Shown here: piece after piece, positions 1 through 15,049 of the stretch
Layout: every line of letters begins with the position of its first letter
Numbering within the stretch: position 1 is the first letter of the stretch
Assembly: GCA_047967505.1 (NCBI GenBank)
Contig: CM106538.1
Origin: Dipteris shenzhenensis
Taxonomy: Eukaryota
Reading direction: 5' to 3' (one strand)
DNA: 64,000 nucleotides
The notes under the pieces: model-generated
What the model saw: only the letters and a program-made list of their open reading frames with translations
Told to the model about the DNA's origin: nothing
The model's database searches: none
Program-made: the position numbers and the translations under genes

Positions 1-1559
1 CCGCTAAAGAGGCCAGCACTTCACAAGCACATCTTGGACCAATGGTCCAATACCACTGAAGACATTCCTCAATAGGTGAAGGTCACCTTGCAAATGAGAA
101 AGCAAAGAAAAAATGGATGAGATGCAATCCCAAAAGATAATCATCTCCAAGCTTGAACTCTAATTGCTAGTGCACAACAACAATGAGGCAATGGAAGACA
201 ACACTAATGAAGCCCCACTACAATGCACAACAGTGGTGCACCAAGAGCTTGTGGGGCTACTCTACAAGCAGAAGATCACCTCAATACACAAATGCTTATC
301 CAATGGAAGCAAATCCAAATCAAGATCATATTTGCTCATCCAACAATCAAGTGGGAACATTCCATAGGGACCAAAACTCTGCACATAATTTTCCAAGACT
401 TGTCCGAAGATGAGAAAAATATCTTCTGCATGTCAACACATGCCGGGTTTATAGCACTCAGGACGGATGCTTTCATTGCATATGTATGCCTCAAGGGTAG
501 TCCTCCCCTTAGGGTTATTGCTAGTTTGTTGCCATTGCTACAAAGGCCATCACTATTATTTGCAAGGCATGACATAACTGACATCCCACCCATGTAGCTG
601 ATGATTCCATCGCACCAGCAAAAAGAAGGTTCAAAAGAGTGATTAAAAGAAGCGAGAAAGAAAGCAAGAGATATTCACCTCTTCTACTGAGTCCAAATCA
701 AGCAGCCATGTGCATAGCATATCCTCCTCGAATGATTTTCCCTTCATGGGTCCATACAAAAGGGATCTAAGACAGAATTTGAGTTCAGTAAATGAAGTCA
801 CGTAGTAATTGGCCATTGTCTTGGAGGGAAAGTGAGAGAAGGAGAGTGAGAAAGCGATAGTGAGGGATGCATAGTGAGCCAACCCTCCTTTAAGAGTGAT
901 AGAAAGTGAGGGATTAGACAATGACATAAAGTGAAAGAAGAATACAAGTTACTGAGAAGGACTAGGAGGTAAGAAATAAGAGAGTGTTTGTGGAAGGACT
1001 AGGATGGAAGAATACAAGTTCACTAACACACGGTGTGTTTGCTATGATAAGGATAAGGGTTGGAATAAAGTGATTGAAGCATTGGGAATGCTCTACTTTA
1101 AGAGAGTGGATACGGTCCAACTGACACTTTAACCGATAGTGTGTAATGAAAGGTTTGGAATAAAATCTTGCAAAGCATTGGGAATGCTATACTTTAAGTG
1201 AGTGGAGCATTGGGAATTGATACTTTGAAGTGAAATATTACAAATAATTATTATGTTCTTCTCTTCACACATTTATTTTCAAATAATCACATCATCACAC
1301 ATTCATATCATAATTCTCATCACACATTTAATATTTCCAAATAATCACATCATCACAAATTCATATCATAAAATTGTGTGCATGAAATAAATATATAAAT
1401 ATCATGAGTAAATGCCACTTAAGTAATAAGTCACAAATTGGTGTATAATCAACAAAAACAACATCATGATTCACTACATTGCAACAAATAAATGTCAACT
1501 ATAATACTCATGGAATAAACAACATCATCAGAATATGCTCCTCATTGCATATATACAAA

Positions 1560-3420
1560 AACAACATCATACATGCATCACAACTCTTCTGATGCTTCTA
1601 GTGGAGACTGTGGCAAGTCTTCTTATGCTTCCAATGGAGGCTATGGTGCTCTAGGTGTACACTGAGTCTCTACTTCTTCTGTAGTGTGTACTTCTTTCGT
1701 AGTGTATAGTGCTTTTAGAGAAGACTCAGTATCCTCTTCCTTAAATGCAAGCGGAGGCTGTGGCAACTCTTCTGATGCTTCCAGTGGAGGCTATGGTGCT
1801 CTAGGTGTACACTGAGTCTCTACTTCTTCTGTAGTGTGTAGTGCTTTTGGAGTAGACTCAGTCTCCTCTTCCTTAAATGCAAGCTCTGATATAGCTTTAG
1901 TTGCATGTTGTATTCCAATGGTAGCAATTAGGTCTCAAATGATTTCAGCCCTAAACAATTGTATATCCTCCTCTGAATATTTGAGCTTTAAAGAATCTTC
2001 CGATGAGACCTTGCAGCAACTAAGACATACTATATAACCAATAGTTTAGCATTCCACCCTTAGAGGAAGACCCCCTCAGACCAGTGGCTTAAGTGAGAAA
2101 ACTTCTTTGAAAATCAACATGCAATTATGGGCAACTCTCCACCCACAGCTATGCCCATCTTCTTGCTCTACTACTAAATGCCTCATGACATATTAAAAAA
2201 ACTTAGTGTGTCTATTACATAAGATACATAATATAGAAGTAACAACGGATTAATAGAATACTTATGTTTGCACTGAGCCATGAAAGCCTGCAAATCGAGT
2301 TGACAAACCAACAATAGTTGTCTTGAAGGTCCCAAACCACCAGACTCCAATGTACCCTACACGAATAATTAAGAACCATTATTATTTAACACAATGTTGC
2401 TATAGTAAAAAATGAAAATAAAGGTCGTGATGATACTTACATCTCATGATATGCCATAAACAAGACTCACATGCTATCTAAATGTAAAGGCTATAACCAC
2501 TTACAAACATCGGCTATCATTTTTCTGCTATCGCTAAGTAAAGGAGAAAGGAGGGAATCCAACATATACACATAGTTTTGTATTGATCTAGAAAATCGTG
2601 AGATAACTATACTATACCAACAAATAAATGAATATTAGCTTATTAGATTTAATCAAAATATTAAATTATCAAGCATAGAAAAAGTTTGTATCAAACCTGA
2701 GAATGGCCATCATAATGTTGTTATTGACCTCACTTGAAGGAACAGAGAGGATTGCAATCTCCTCTCCACCAAATTCAAGATGCTGAGGTCTATGTTGAAT
2801 CATAACCCTAACATTAAAAGAGCTTCCCAATTCTTCCAATGAAGCCACATTTGTAGAGTTGAGGTCTTCTATCCCCTTTGACTCTTTGACGGCATTCATT
2901 TTGCACTCCTCTGAGCCATTATATATTTGACTTATGGGAGGGTCCATAATGTTGCCCTTAATGATTGCTCGAATGGTACATGTTATAAATGCATAGAGAT
3001 GTAAGTCCATATATGTTGATAATGTGGTGTCATTATGTATCTCAAAAATTTGACCAAGTACCAAAAAGCAATTGTAGCCCACTCTCCATCCATAATTGTA
3101 GATGTGGCTATCCTCTTGATGTGATACCTGTCATGTTATATACTCTATTTGTTGTGCCAAGTCACGTTGCCGCATTATTGTGTTGATAGCACCTACCAAC
3201 TTTTGAGCCGATCTACACATCAGAACATATAACAAGAGTGAATATGTGCATTGCATATCAATCTACATGTGAAGAAGTGACAACAATTGTATTCTATACT
3301 TACTCTGACACATTGCCATGGACGGATGCCATTGAGTTGGCAAAGAAGCACTTCTTGGCAAAGATGTCCACGACCACCAAACTCCAATGTGAGTTGCATT
3401 ATCAATAAAGAATAATTACT
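1560..3420 (-). pseudogene. Decayed Ulp1/C48 (SUMO-type) cysteine protease-like gene, possibly with two protease-like domains
   Basis: Manual minus-strand translation gives MRHLVVEQEDGHSCGWRVAHNC (about 2120-2190; Q-x-D-x-x-x-CG catalytic Cys motif) and YVYMLDSLL (about 2550-2580). An upstream paralogous segment reads QVSHQEDSH...GWRVGYNC (about 3070-3130). Many stops and frameshifts; boundaries approximate. Confidence 0.6.
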
Positions 3421-3429
3421 GTGTTTGAG

Positions 3430-5260
3430 ACCCTCTCTCTCCTCACTCCCCTCTCTTCCCTCACTTTCTGTCTCTACTCTCCCTCCCCTCACTCCTCTTT
3501 CTCTCTCCCTCCCCTCATTCTCTCTCTCTCCTCTCCCTCCCCTCACTCCTCTCACCCTGGGGGCCGCGGCTGCTAGGACCTCTCTTTCTCTCTCCTCTAG
3601 CTCCTCTCTCTCTCTCTCTTTCTTTCTCCCTCCCCTCCCTCCCCTCACTCCCCTCACTCCTCTCTCTCCTCACTCCTCTCTCTTCCCTCACTTTCTCTCT
3701 GTACTCTCTCCTCTTTCTCTCTCTATTCTTACTCCTCTTTCTCTCTCTCTCCTCTCCCTCCCCTCACTCGTCTCACCCTGGGGGCCACGGCCGGTAGGAA
3801 TTCTCTCTCTCTCCCTCCTCCACTCACTCCCCTCACTCACTCTCCTCACTCACTCAACTCACTCCCCTACCCGCCTCAATCCCCACTCACTCGCCTCACT
3901 CACTCCACTCCACTCACTCCCCTCACTCCCCTCTCACCTCCCCTACCCACCTCGCTACCTCTCCTACCCGCAGTGCCTCCCTAGCTCTCCTACCCACCTC
4001 CCTACCTCCCCTACCTATAGTGCCTCTCCTACTTTCCCCCTTTGCCCTCCCCGTGCCGCCCTCTCCTACCCCCGCAGTGCCTCTCCTCCCCTCCCCTCCC
4101 CTCCCCCCTGCCTCTCTATGCCTCCCCTACCCCGCGCCTCTACCCCCGCCCTCTCTATGCATCCCCTACCCTCCCCCCTGCACCTCGCTCCTCCATCCCT
4201 CCCTACCCCCGTGCAACGCCTCCCCTACTCGCCCCCTTTGCCCTCCCTGTGCCACCCCCCTCTGCCCTCCCCAGTTGCCCCTACTCCCCTCCCTACCACC
4301 TCCTCCCTCTCGCTGCTGCCTCTCACTACCTCCTCCCCTCCTTGCCTCCTCCACCTCCCTACCCTGCCTCCCTCTCTACTCTCCCCCCCTCTGCCGCTGC
4401 CTCCCCCCTCTTGCCCTAGCCGCTTTCTCCCCTCCATCCCCCCACCTCCCTCTCGGACCTCTCTCTCTCATACCTCTCTCTCTCTCCTCCCTCCCTCTTT
4501 TCCTCCCTCTCTCTCCCCCCTCCACTTCCCTCTTCCTCCTGGAGGCCATGGCCCCCAGGGCTCCTCTCCTTCTCTTTAAACTTACTCTCTCTCTCTCTCT
4601 AGTCCCTCTCTCTCTCTCTTTCTTTCTCTCTCTTCAAATTTTAAAAAAACAAATCTACAAAACTTAGAAAAAAATTTAATCAAAAAATTTTACAAGTACT
4701 TGGAAAAAGTTTGTAACTTTGCTCTTTCTTGCTTTCTTGCTCTTCCTTCCTTTCTTTCTTGCTCGTCCTTGCTTTCTTGCTTCAATGAAATGAGGGGAGA
4801 ATGAATGAAGGCAAGGAAGACTATATATAAGAAAAACTAGGTTTCCTGCCTCCTCTCTTATTGGCTTTCCATTCCCCCCCTCTCCCATTAGCTCCCCTCT
4901 TCCTCCCCCATTGCCACCACTCCCATCCCACATTTCCACCACGTCCCATGCTCCTCCCATTTCCCCATCCCACCCTTCCATTTCTCAAAATCCCATATTT
5001 CCCCATCCCACCCTCCTCTTTTTCATCCCCTATTAACTCCCCTCACTCATTCTACTCCCTTATTATCCTACTCCTCTATTACCTCCCCCTCTCCCATTCC
5101 ACTCCTCCCTCCCCACTCTCACTTCCACTTCTTGTTACTCACTTGCCATTTGCAGACTATTAATATATTATTATACTATTTTTTATACTTATTATCATAC
5201 ACCCCTATTACCTCCCCCTCTCCCATTCCACTCCTCCCTCCCCACTCTCACTTCCACTTT
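3430..5260. repeat. Pyrimidine/C-rich low-complexity tract
   Basis: Near-continuous CT/CCCT runs; positional counterpart of the G/C-rich tract at 34690-36650. Confidence 0.85.
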
Positions 5261-5589
5261 CCATTAGTCACTTGCCATACACATTTGCAAACTATTAATA
5301 TATTATTATACAATTTTTTATACTATTTGCAAACTTACATGTGGGCAAAATCACAAGTGTCAAAGCGAGCCTATCATGCTCATACAACAACTGTGCTTTT
5401 ATTTAAGGGCATATTTACAAGGACATATTTATCCTCATTAACAAGCCTATTTAAATGTTTATTTCAACACAATACTCAAGGTATGAATTTCATGATTTGT
5501 GCACAAGGTGTTTACTTTGTTGTATCAAAATTGTTTGCCACACACACACACATATACACATATTGGGAATTTGCTAATATTCTCGCATC

Positions 5590-8375
5590 TACATTTCTCT
5601 GATGGCCACAAACTTTGTACATGCCTCAACATACGTGGTGTTGACTTGCATACAAAGTGGCGCACCCATCCCATAAGTACTTGTTCAGATAACACACCTG
5701 CAAACACATTTATGACGATTGTTCATAACGCTAGGAAGAAAACGGTGTATAATGCATGAGCGACTATGCAAAGTATATCCAATGGGCACAAGACTTTGCA
5801 TGTTCCTCAACCTAGGTAGTATTTACTTGTGTGAAAAGTGGCATCCCCATCCAATAAGTACTTGTTTGAATAACACACCTAGGACCGTGTTTTTTGATGG
5901 TTCTACATGACACTAAGGCCAAAATGGTATTTAATGCTCGGTCCACCATGCAAAGCATATCTGATGGGCACAATACTTTGCACGTGCCTCCAAATTGGTA
6001 GTATTGAGTTGCATGCAAAGTGAAATGCCCATTCAATAAGTACTTGGTTGGATAACACACCTAAGAGCGTGTTCTTTAACGAATGTGCATAACACTAGCG
6101 GGAAAATGGTGTATAATGCGTTGTCGAAAATGCAAAGCATAACCGATAGACACAATACTTTGCACATGCATCAACCTAGTTGCACTTGACTTGCCTGCAA
6201 AGTGGCTCCCCCATCCAACAAGTACTTGTTTGAATATCACACCTAGGACCGTGTTTTTTTATGGTTGTCCATGAGACTAAGGTAAAAACGGTGTTTTATG
6301 CTTGATCGATAATGCAACGCATGTCCGATGGTCACAATATTTTGCACACACATTAAACTAGGTGTTATTGACTTACATACAAAGTGGTGTGCCCATCCAA
6401 TAAGTACTTGTTCGAATAACACATCTAGGACTGCGTTTTTTGAACAGTTATGCATGATACTAAGGCAAAAACGGTGTTTAATGCTTGATCGACAATACAA
6501 AGCATATCCAATGGGCACAATAAGTTGCACACACCTCCACCCAAGTTGTATTGACTTGTGTACAAAGTGGAACCCCCATTTGATAAGCACTTGTTTGAAT
6601 AACACACCTAGGACTATGTTTTTTTATGGTTTTGCATGGCACAAATGGTGTTTAATACTTGATATATCATGCAAATCATATCTGATGGACACAGTACTAT
6701 GCATGCACCACAACCTAGGTGGTATTGAGTTTCATGCAATGTGGCATGTCCATCCGATAAGTACTTGATCGGATAACACACCTAAGAGCATGGTTTTAAT
6801 GCATGATCGACCACAAAGCATATCCGATGGGCACAATACTTTGCACGCACCTTAACCTAACTTGTGTGCAAAGTGGATCCCCCATCTGATAAGTACTTGT
6901 TTGAATAACACACCTAGGACCATGTTTTTTTATGGTTGTGCATGACACTAAGGCAAAAATTGTGTTTTATGCTTTATCGACAATGCAAAATTATATTCAA
7001 TGGGCACCATACTTTGCATGCACTTCAAACTCACTGGAATCGATTTACATGCAAAGTGGCATGCTCACCCCATAAGTACTTGTTCGAATAACACATCTAG
7101 GACCATGTTTTTTTATGGTTGTGCATGACACTAAGTAAAAACGATGTTTAATGCTTGATCGAGAATGCAAAGCATATCCAATGGGCATAATACTTTGCCT
7201 CAACCTATTTGAACTTGAATTGCATGCAAAGTGGAGCCCCCATCTGATAAGTACTTGTTTGCATAACATACCTAGGACCGTGTTTTTTTATGGTTGTGCA
7301 TGACACTAAGGCAAAAACGGTATTTTATGCTTGATCGACAATGCAAAGCATTTTCGATGGGCACAATACTTTGCACACACCTTCAAATGGGTGAAATTGA
7401 CTTACATGCAAAGTGGCGTGCCCATCCCATAAGTACTTGTTCAAATAACATATCTCGGACCGTGTTTTTTTACGGCTGTGCATGACACCAAGGCAAAAAC
7501 GGTATATAATGAGTGATTTCCTATGCAAAGCATATCCGATGGGCACAATACGTTGCATATACCTCAACCTATGTGGTGTTGAGTTTCATGCAAAGTGACA
7601 CACCCATACCATAAGTACTTGTTTGGATAACACACCTAGGAGCGCGTTTTCTGACGGTAGTGCATAACACAAGGACGAAAATGGAGTATAATGCGTGATT
7701 GATAATGCAAATCATATCCGATGGGCACAATAATTTGCACCAACTTCAACCTAGGTGGTATTGACTTGTGTGCAAAGAGGTGCCCCCATCTAATAAGCAC
7801 TTGTTTGAATAATACACCTAGGATCGTGTTTTTTTACGGTTGTGCATGACACTAAGGAAAAAATGGTATTTAATGCTCCCTCGACCATGCAAAGCAAATC
7901 TAATGGGCACAATACTTTGCATGCACCTCAAAAGCAGTAGCATTGAGTTGCATGCAAAGTGGTACACCCATCCGATAAGCACTTGGTCAGATAACACACC
8001 TAAAAGTGTGTTTTTTTATGGTTATGCATGACACTTAGGCACAAACGGTGTTTAATGCATGATATACCATGCAAATCATATCCGATGGGAACAATACTTT
8101 GCATGCATCTAAATCTAGATGTAATTGAGTTGTATGCAAAGTGGCGTGTCCATCCGATAAGTACATGATTAGATAGCACACCTAAGAGCGTGTTTTTTTA
8201 CGGATGTGCTTCGCACTATTAAGGTAAAAATGGTATTTAATGCTCAATCGACCATGCAATGCATATCTAATGGGCACAACACTTTTCCTGCACCTGAACC
8301 TAGATGGTATTGACTTGTTTTCAAAGAGGAACACCCATCTGATAAGTACTTGGTCGGATAACACACTTAAGGGCA
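5590..8375. repeat. Diverged tandem array, about 182-bp unit, about 16 copies
   Basis: The anchor A(T/C)AAG(T/C)ACTTG recurs at 5673, 5854, 6036, 6218, 6400 ... 8342. Units contain the inverted pair GATGGGCAC..ACTTTGCA / TGCAAAGT..GTGCCCATC. Confidence 0.9.
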
Positions 8376-8376
8376 T

Positions 8377-9435
8377 GGGCATACACATGATGATATCGAT
8401 CAATTTTTAGCACAGTCTATAGAGAGCTTAAATGCAAGGATGTGGAGACAATAGATGACTTGGTAAGAAGATGTCAGAGGCAAGTTGGTGGTCGTAAGAA
8501 AAGTACGGTATGTGAGAGGCGCAAAAGAATTTATGATTGGAAGAACTTCATTCTACCTTTCATACAAACGAGTGGTGATGAATTGATAGTCATACCAATC
8601 CACACTACCTTCGTTTTTTTTTTAAGGATGAAAAACCAGTAATGTAATGGCAATAGTATTCTCATGATACAAAATGGGAACTTGAAGAACCTTATAGTCT
8701 CTTAACTTCAATTCCTAGCACAAGGAAAGGCATCCAACATGGGCTCCTATACAAGGATTCAATGAGAGGTCTAACTGTGAAATAGAAGGATTACAAGTAT
8801 TTATTACATACAAAGAGGAAATGCTCCGGAGATATCATGATTCGAAGCCTACTTGGAGAGAACACACTACCACTGTAATTAACAAGACACAAAAATTAAT
8901 AAAGGACCTTGAGAGAATGCGAGGCTCAAAGGATGTCAAGGAAGAATGCAATATATTTTGGCCAAATGTTCATAATGATTTGTGCCCAGCTCTAGTCTTT
9001 GAAAATGAATTTGTATCATTACTCCCACATCCATATTATGGACCAAAGAAGAGAGAGTTTATGCCACAAGTAGATATAGAGGTCGATTGTTTTGTTGTGG
9101 TTCGGCCATCGGATGATGAATATGAGAATGTGAAGTTTTGGGTTACAAAAGTAGTTGATGTGCAAACAGATGATGAAGGGAGAGCTACAACATTTACAGT
9201 GGTATGGTATGAGCCAAAGGACAAGAAGGAGAATATGGATAACAACACATTGTATACTAATTGTATAACAAAGGATTGGTTCCCAAATGATGAACCGGTC
9301 TCACAAGTTTCAACGGAGACAATCATAGTGTCTTGGCATTCAAGGGCAAAGAAATCAAAGAAGCGCATGGGTTATGAGGTAGAAGGAAAAATAAAAATAC
9401 CAAGCAAAGTATTTTGCATATACACGAATTTTTAA
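8377..9435 (+). pseudogene. 3' remnant of a Sola-like (DUF7869-type) transposase
   Basis: Starts at GHTHDDIDQF (8377), then YDWKNFILP. ORF 8821-9435 (FVVVRP...FWVTKV...TFTVVWYEPK) is clearly homologous to the C-terminus of 43030-44496. The N-terminal part is missing. Confidence 0.85.
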
Positions 9436-10314
9436 GGATGCTCACCATGGAGGAAGTAGAAGGAGACAGCGCAAATGAAGAATGCCCATGATTAAAGCTT
9501 TGTATTGAAGTCCATTGAAGGATTCAATTTGGATACTAGGCAAGAAGCCAATTGACAATTATAATCATATTATTAGACTAGGTGCAACTGTACTGAGTCA
9601 TCACTTCCTATGTCAAATGAGAGGCAAATTATGCACTGGATGTCACCCAAGGGGCAAGGCTTGGCAAGACAATAGGGAGTTAATGTAGATGGCACCTGGC
9701 AAGTGACTATCACATTGAGCAATAAGACAACAGGCAGTCAATGTAGATGGCACGAATTTAGACTCTTTAAGAGCAACAATTTTGTAAACATATGTTCAAT
9801 CTATATCATTTTATACAAAGACTCCAGCTGAGAGCAACGTTTCTCAACGTAAACATATGATAGCTATAATTGCTATTATAATTCTTTGGTTCAACACAAA
9901 ACTTGGGTCTTATGGCATCATGTCTTTTTTCTATTTATTAAAAGTTTTAAATTTGTGCATATTGCGAGTGACAATGTTATTTACATGAAATATTTAAGTC
10001 TCCTTTGATGGATTTATAAATTTATCACGTTAAGGAAAAATGTTAAAAATAATTAAATTAATAGCTAGAATTTCTAAAATAGGATTATTTCAAATTCTTG
10101 CATGTTAGTGCAAAAGTATAGATTGAAAAAATAAGATTTTTATGTGAATATGATAGTGCCACAAAGTGAACTTTTGATTTGAAAGGATATTTTCACAAAG
10201 TAAAATTTTGATTTGGGAAGGATATTTTCACAAAGTAAACTTTTCATTTGGAAAGGATTTTTGCACTTCGTCCAAAAACAATAGAAAAAGTCCAAAATTA
10301 ATGAAATAGGTGTT

Positions 10315-10680
10315 CCTCTTCCTCATTCAACCAACTTTCCTGTGTAAGATGCTCTAAAGCCAACACTTCCCCTACCATAGAATTAAACATCAACCTTTGA
10401 TCATAGGGCTTCCGTTTAGTATGTGCCAACACATCGTTCCATGAAATCATCAAATGAGAAAGAAAGGTACAACTGCCACCCCAACCTATTGGGGGAAATT
10501 CCTTGTATCCCACCATGTACCATTAATCTTGTTCTTACCATTGAGAAGTCCAAACCTCTCTATGAGCTTTTCAGCCACCATTGCCGTCAATGGCTCATGA
10601 GATCCACACATATCTTAGAGTAAAGGGGCCCATCTTTTAGTGACCATATGTAAGCAAACATCTAATAGGCATGCTCCTCA
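10315..10680 (-). mobile_element. LINE ORF2 C-terminal relic
   Basis: Trp-rich degenerate minus-strand coding sequence directly after the TIR-like end; weak. Confidence 0.35.
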
Positions 10681-10930
10681 CTTATTGCCTAGTTTTTTCC
10701 ATAGCATAAATCTAATGGCTTGTTGTACTTGATGCAAAGCTTTGGCAATTTATGGCAATAAAGGTATGAAAAAGAGATCATTATAATCATGGATTGTGCC
10801 ACTTTGAGCCAAACATGCATTATAATCATGATGGATTGTGCCACTTTGAGCCAAACATGCATAGGCCAACCTTGAGATTTCTAGGACATAAATTTGTCAT
10901 TAATCCTTCCAAAGATCCATGCTAGCAAAG

Positions 10931-10941
10931 CTCTCTCTCTC

Positions 10942-11034
<93 letters not shown>

Positions 11035-11035
11035 T
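10931..11035. repeat. (CT)n/(CA)n microsatellite
   Basis: Direct reading. Confidence 0.95.
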
Positions 11036-11781
11036 ATCTTATTGTGTACTCCTCAAAAACTATGATTTAAAGCACTTTATGGAAATGAAGTACCAAAAAC
11101 ATTGACAGTCTTTCACCTTTTGATTTTGAAGAACTATAATTGCCTAAGACACCAAAATTTTGGGATACATGGTCCCTCTCACCCTAAAACAAAAGTACAC
11201 ATATAGTCATATGGTTTGCCTCTTTTTGTACAAACATTTGCCACATTAGGTGATGACTTCCTTACTTTCACCACATTCTATGAAAAACCCTTTTAGTCAG
11301 AGTCCCTATAATCTGCCACATTATTCAACATGTTGCTTGCTTTTATGGTGGTGGAGAAAACTTATTTTGAGTCTACAATCCTCTAGTAGTGACCTCCTTC
11401 AATTGCAAGCTAAATGTAAATTATGGTAAGAGAATTATAATGAAAAAGATGGAGAAATATGATGATATCATTAGAGAAGAAGCAATGACAAAGTAAGTGA
11501 AATCTAAGGTGCAAACTAATGGAAGGAAAAAATTGGAAATTGCATGTGGAATAATACTGAGATCAAAGCTTATCACTACTTCTAGAGTTGTTAACACAAG
11601 AAGGTTGAAGTTAGCTTAAATTTACTTGTAAATGTTAGCTATTTGTCAACATCAATTTGATGCTATTTGACAATGAGCACATAGCCAAGGGGGGGACATA
11701 ATTCTAGGAATCATCTTACTGTATTACTATTGCTATGAATTACCATTGTTTATATGCATTAATTTGATTTTGTCTTGCTGC

Positions 11782-11825
<44 letters not shown>

Positions 11826-12109
11826 CAGAGGTTCCCATGAAACTTCCCACAGAGTGGCAATTGGGACTATGGTGCAATTGTGCATTCTATGCCCCAAACG
11901 TGAAACATGACAACCACGATCGTGGGACCTCCCCAGGTGGAGCTCTCAAGACTAGACTTTAAAAATTCAATACCAGAAGACAATCTGGAAATGCGGAATG
12001 CAGCAGCAGTGAACGATACATTAGTTTCTTTTTACATCGGCTCTTTCAAGTCTGATTCTAAAGCTTTTGCTAGTTGTCCATATGTCCATGTGGAGTATCA
12101 TCCATAACA

Positions 12110-12860
12110 AATTTGAGACTTTCTCTGGTGTATTTTTTTCCTAGATATTCTCAAATCTATTCTTTCAAATGGCCACAATATCTTCAAACCTCCACCTTTT
12201 ATTAAGTTCCTTGTAGGCTTCGTCAATAGTGGAATTTGGTGTTGGTATGGGAAGAAAGAGGTAACTGCCCACCCAACTAAATTCCATCTTATAGACTAGC
12301 TGAGAGCCACCCTTCCATTGAGTTTCACCTTGGTAGAGAGCAATTCTATTCATGACTAAATCCTATTGATTGTGAAAATTCTCTTTGTGTTTCTTGCCAG
12401 CACTTCCATTTGAGGTTTCCTCGCTCCCATACTTTCCCCAGCATTGAAGGCTCTTTTTGAATAACAGGCTTGCTCTCAATAATTCTTGATCATTCACAGA
12501 TTTATCATTGAAGATCATTGAGAAAAAAATTGAATCAAGTTCCATAAAGGCACCTTTACCTGAAAAGACAATGAAGCTCTTCATTTGCTCAAAAGTAGAC
12601 CAAAGAAATCTCCATAAAGGGCTCCCTTTTGTTGTGGCACAGTGTTCTAGGGAGTAGAGAGTCGAGAAAAGAGGAAACTTTTTCCACTTAGGGGCTCTGA
12701 GAGGCCGAATATGAATAGTATTTTTGAGCAAAATCAAGGACCAATATTCCAAAGGGTTAAGAATAGCTTTGACAATCCAAGAGGCAACAAGCTTATGATT
12801 AGCTTGCTCAATATCAACTATCCCTAGACCTCCCTCCCCTTTGGGTTTAATTCAAAAAGA
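12110..12860 (-). mobile_element. LINE (L1/Tx1-like) ORF2 fragment downstream of RT
   Basis: PKGEGGLGIVDIEQANHKLVASWIVK (about 12770-12850) matches the PKxxGGLG motif of L1-clade ORF2, followed by ORF 12363-12752. Confidence 0.75.
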
Positions 12861-13661
12861 CCACTTCACTTTAGACAATATGATTGGACATCCCTGTAGA
12901 AATGATATACACATCTTAATAAAACTCTCAGTACCAAACCTTGACAATGCCCAACAGGATAAGTAGAATATGACACGCAGCATGAGCATCGGATGGGTTC
13001 GTTCGGATGTAGTAATTTTGTCATAATTTGAATGTGACTGAGGCTGGTGGTTGACTGTTGTAGATCTCCAATATTGGAGACTTGCATCTGTAGGGAATCA
13101 CGAAGCAGCAGTTGTAGCAAGCCAATCTTGAATTGCCTCAGCTTTGCTAGGGGGAAACTCGACTTTCGAAGTACCTTCACGCCCATCATCAGGATTGCCT
13201 GCAATGGAAACACGAGAAAAAGCTGGGAAAGATAGACGCATCACTCGCTTGCCATGATCACGAGAGGAGCGGCATTGTATGACTACCTTGGACAGAGCAT
13301 CTTCAATCTGGAATTGTGAAAGCTGGGCAAGGACTTCATTGAGAACCGATGGGTAGTCCATTTCACATTCTTCGGGCATCATCCTTCAGGAATAGGAAGT
13401 GCATCAAAAATTCTGGACTAGTTCCTACTCAGAGTTAGCAGTCCCTATGCTCACATGTGGTTTCACATCATCATGTGCATATCTTGAGACGTAACTATAT
13501 CCACATCAGTGAGCAGACTCTAGAGTATTCATAGATATTGCTAGATTGTTCAGTGGGAAATTTGCACATAATTTCAATTTGCACTCACAAGCCACCATTG
13601 TAAAGCCTTATTGGCTATTTTCCCACATTTTTGCATATTATTTTGAGCCTTGTAAAGCCTC

Positions 13662-13980
13662 TTGGCTATCTCGAGCATCATTTTCCATACAAGCCTTGTA
13701 ACAGATTCAAATTCCATGAGTGCTATTCAGCTAGCATGGAATTCAATCTTTTATGGAAAGACAAAAAACATTGAGATCAGGTGCCATTTTATCAGGGAGG
13801 TAGTTGAGGACAAGTGCAAAGAGCTTGTCAAGGTTCATACAGATGATAACCCTGTAGATATGTTGACGAAGAGTCTACCTAGTCAGCGGTTTGAGTAATG
13901 TTGTGTATTGATGGGCATTGGATAGTATATCCATTGGTTGTTCTCCCTTAAAGGAACATTTGCCTTCAACTGGGAGGTTG
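13662..13980 (+). mobile_element. Ty1/Copia RNase H C-terminal fragment with polypurine tract
   Basis: SAIQLA.N.IFYGKTKNIEIRCHFIRE...KVHTDDNPVDMLTKSL; GGGAGG followed by TG at about 13972-13980, a plausible PPT/LTR start. Confidence 0.85.
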
Positions 13981-14091
13981 TGCAGTTCAAAGGGCACTGT
14001 ACCTTAACCCCGATTATGTACAATAGTCAAACACATATTTATATGGATGACATATAATATTAGGGTGTTCTGCACCCACCAAAACTTGTGT

Positions 14092-14910
<819 letters not shown>

Positions 14911-15049
14911 TCTCCCAAAAAGGAGGACATATGCTGAAAGAGGATTCGAGTACACCAATATGAAAGCCATGCATTGCATTTGCTAGAGGATGATGAGGTA
15001 TGTTGTTTTGTTTGAGATCTTCTTGAGTGCATTGTTGTTGATTTGTTAA

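Larger units (their letters stand above)
1500..10314. mobile_element. Decayed Sola-like DNA transposon related to the 30294-45089 element (left end not found)
   Basis: Right end AAGTCCAAAATTAATGAAATAGGTGTT (10288-10314) resembles the right TIR of the 14.8-kb element. It contains a transposase C-terminal remnant and has the same layout: minus-strand accessory gene, C-rich tract, repeat array, plus-strand transposase. Confidence 0.65.

Noticed and set aside
1-1230. Possible left TIR of the first Sola-like element or a gene
   Set aside because: No match to the 10288-10314 terminus found, and the ORFs lack recognisable motifs.
3220-5163. Long Pro/Leu/Ser- or Gly/Arg-rich ORFs, e.g. 3425-4579
   Set aside because: They arise from stop-poor C-rich low-complexity DNA and show no domain motifs.
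5590-8375. Short Cys/His-rich ORFs in the 182-bp array
   Set aside because: Frames are not maintained between units.
12866-13460. Possible host gene fragment (ORF 13098-13382)
   Set aside because: No recognisable domain; cannot be supported without a search.
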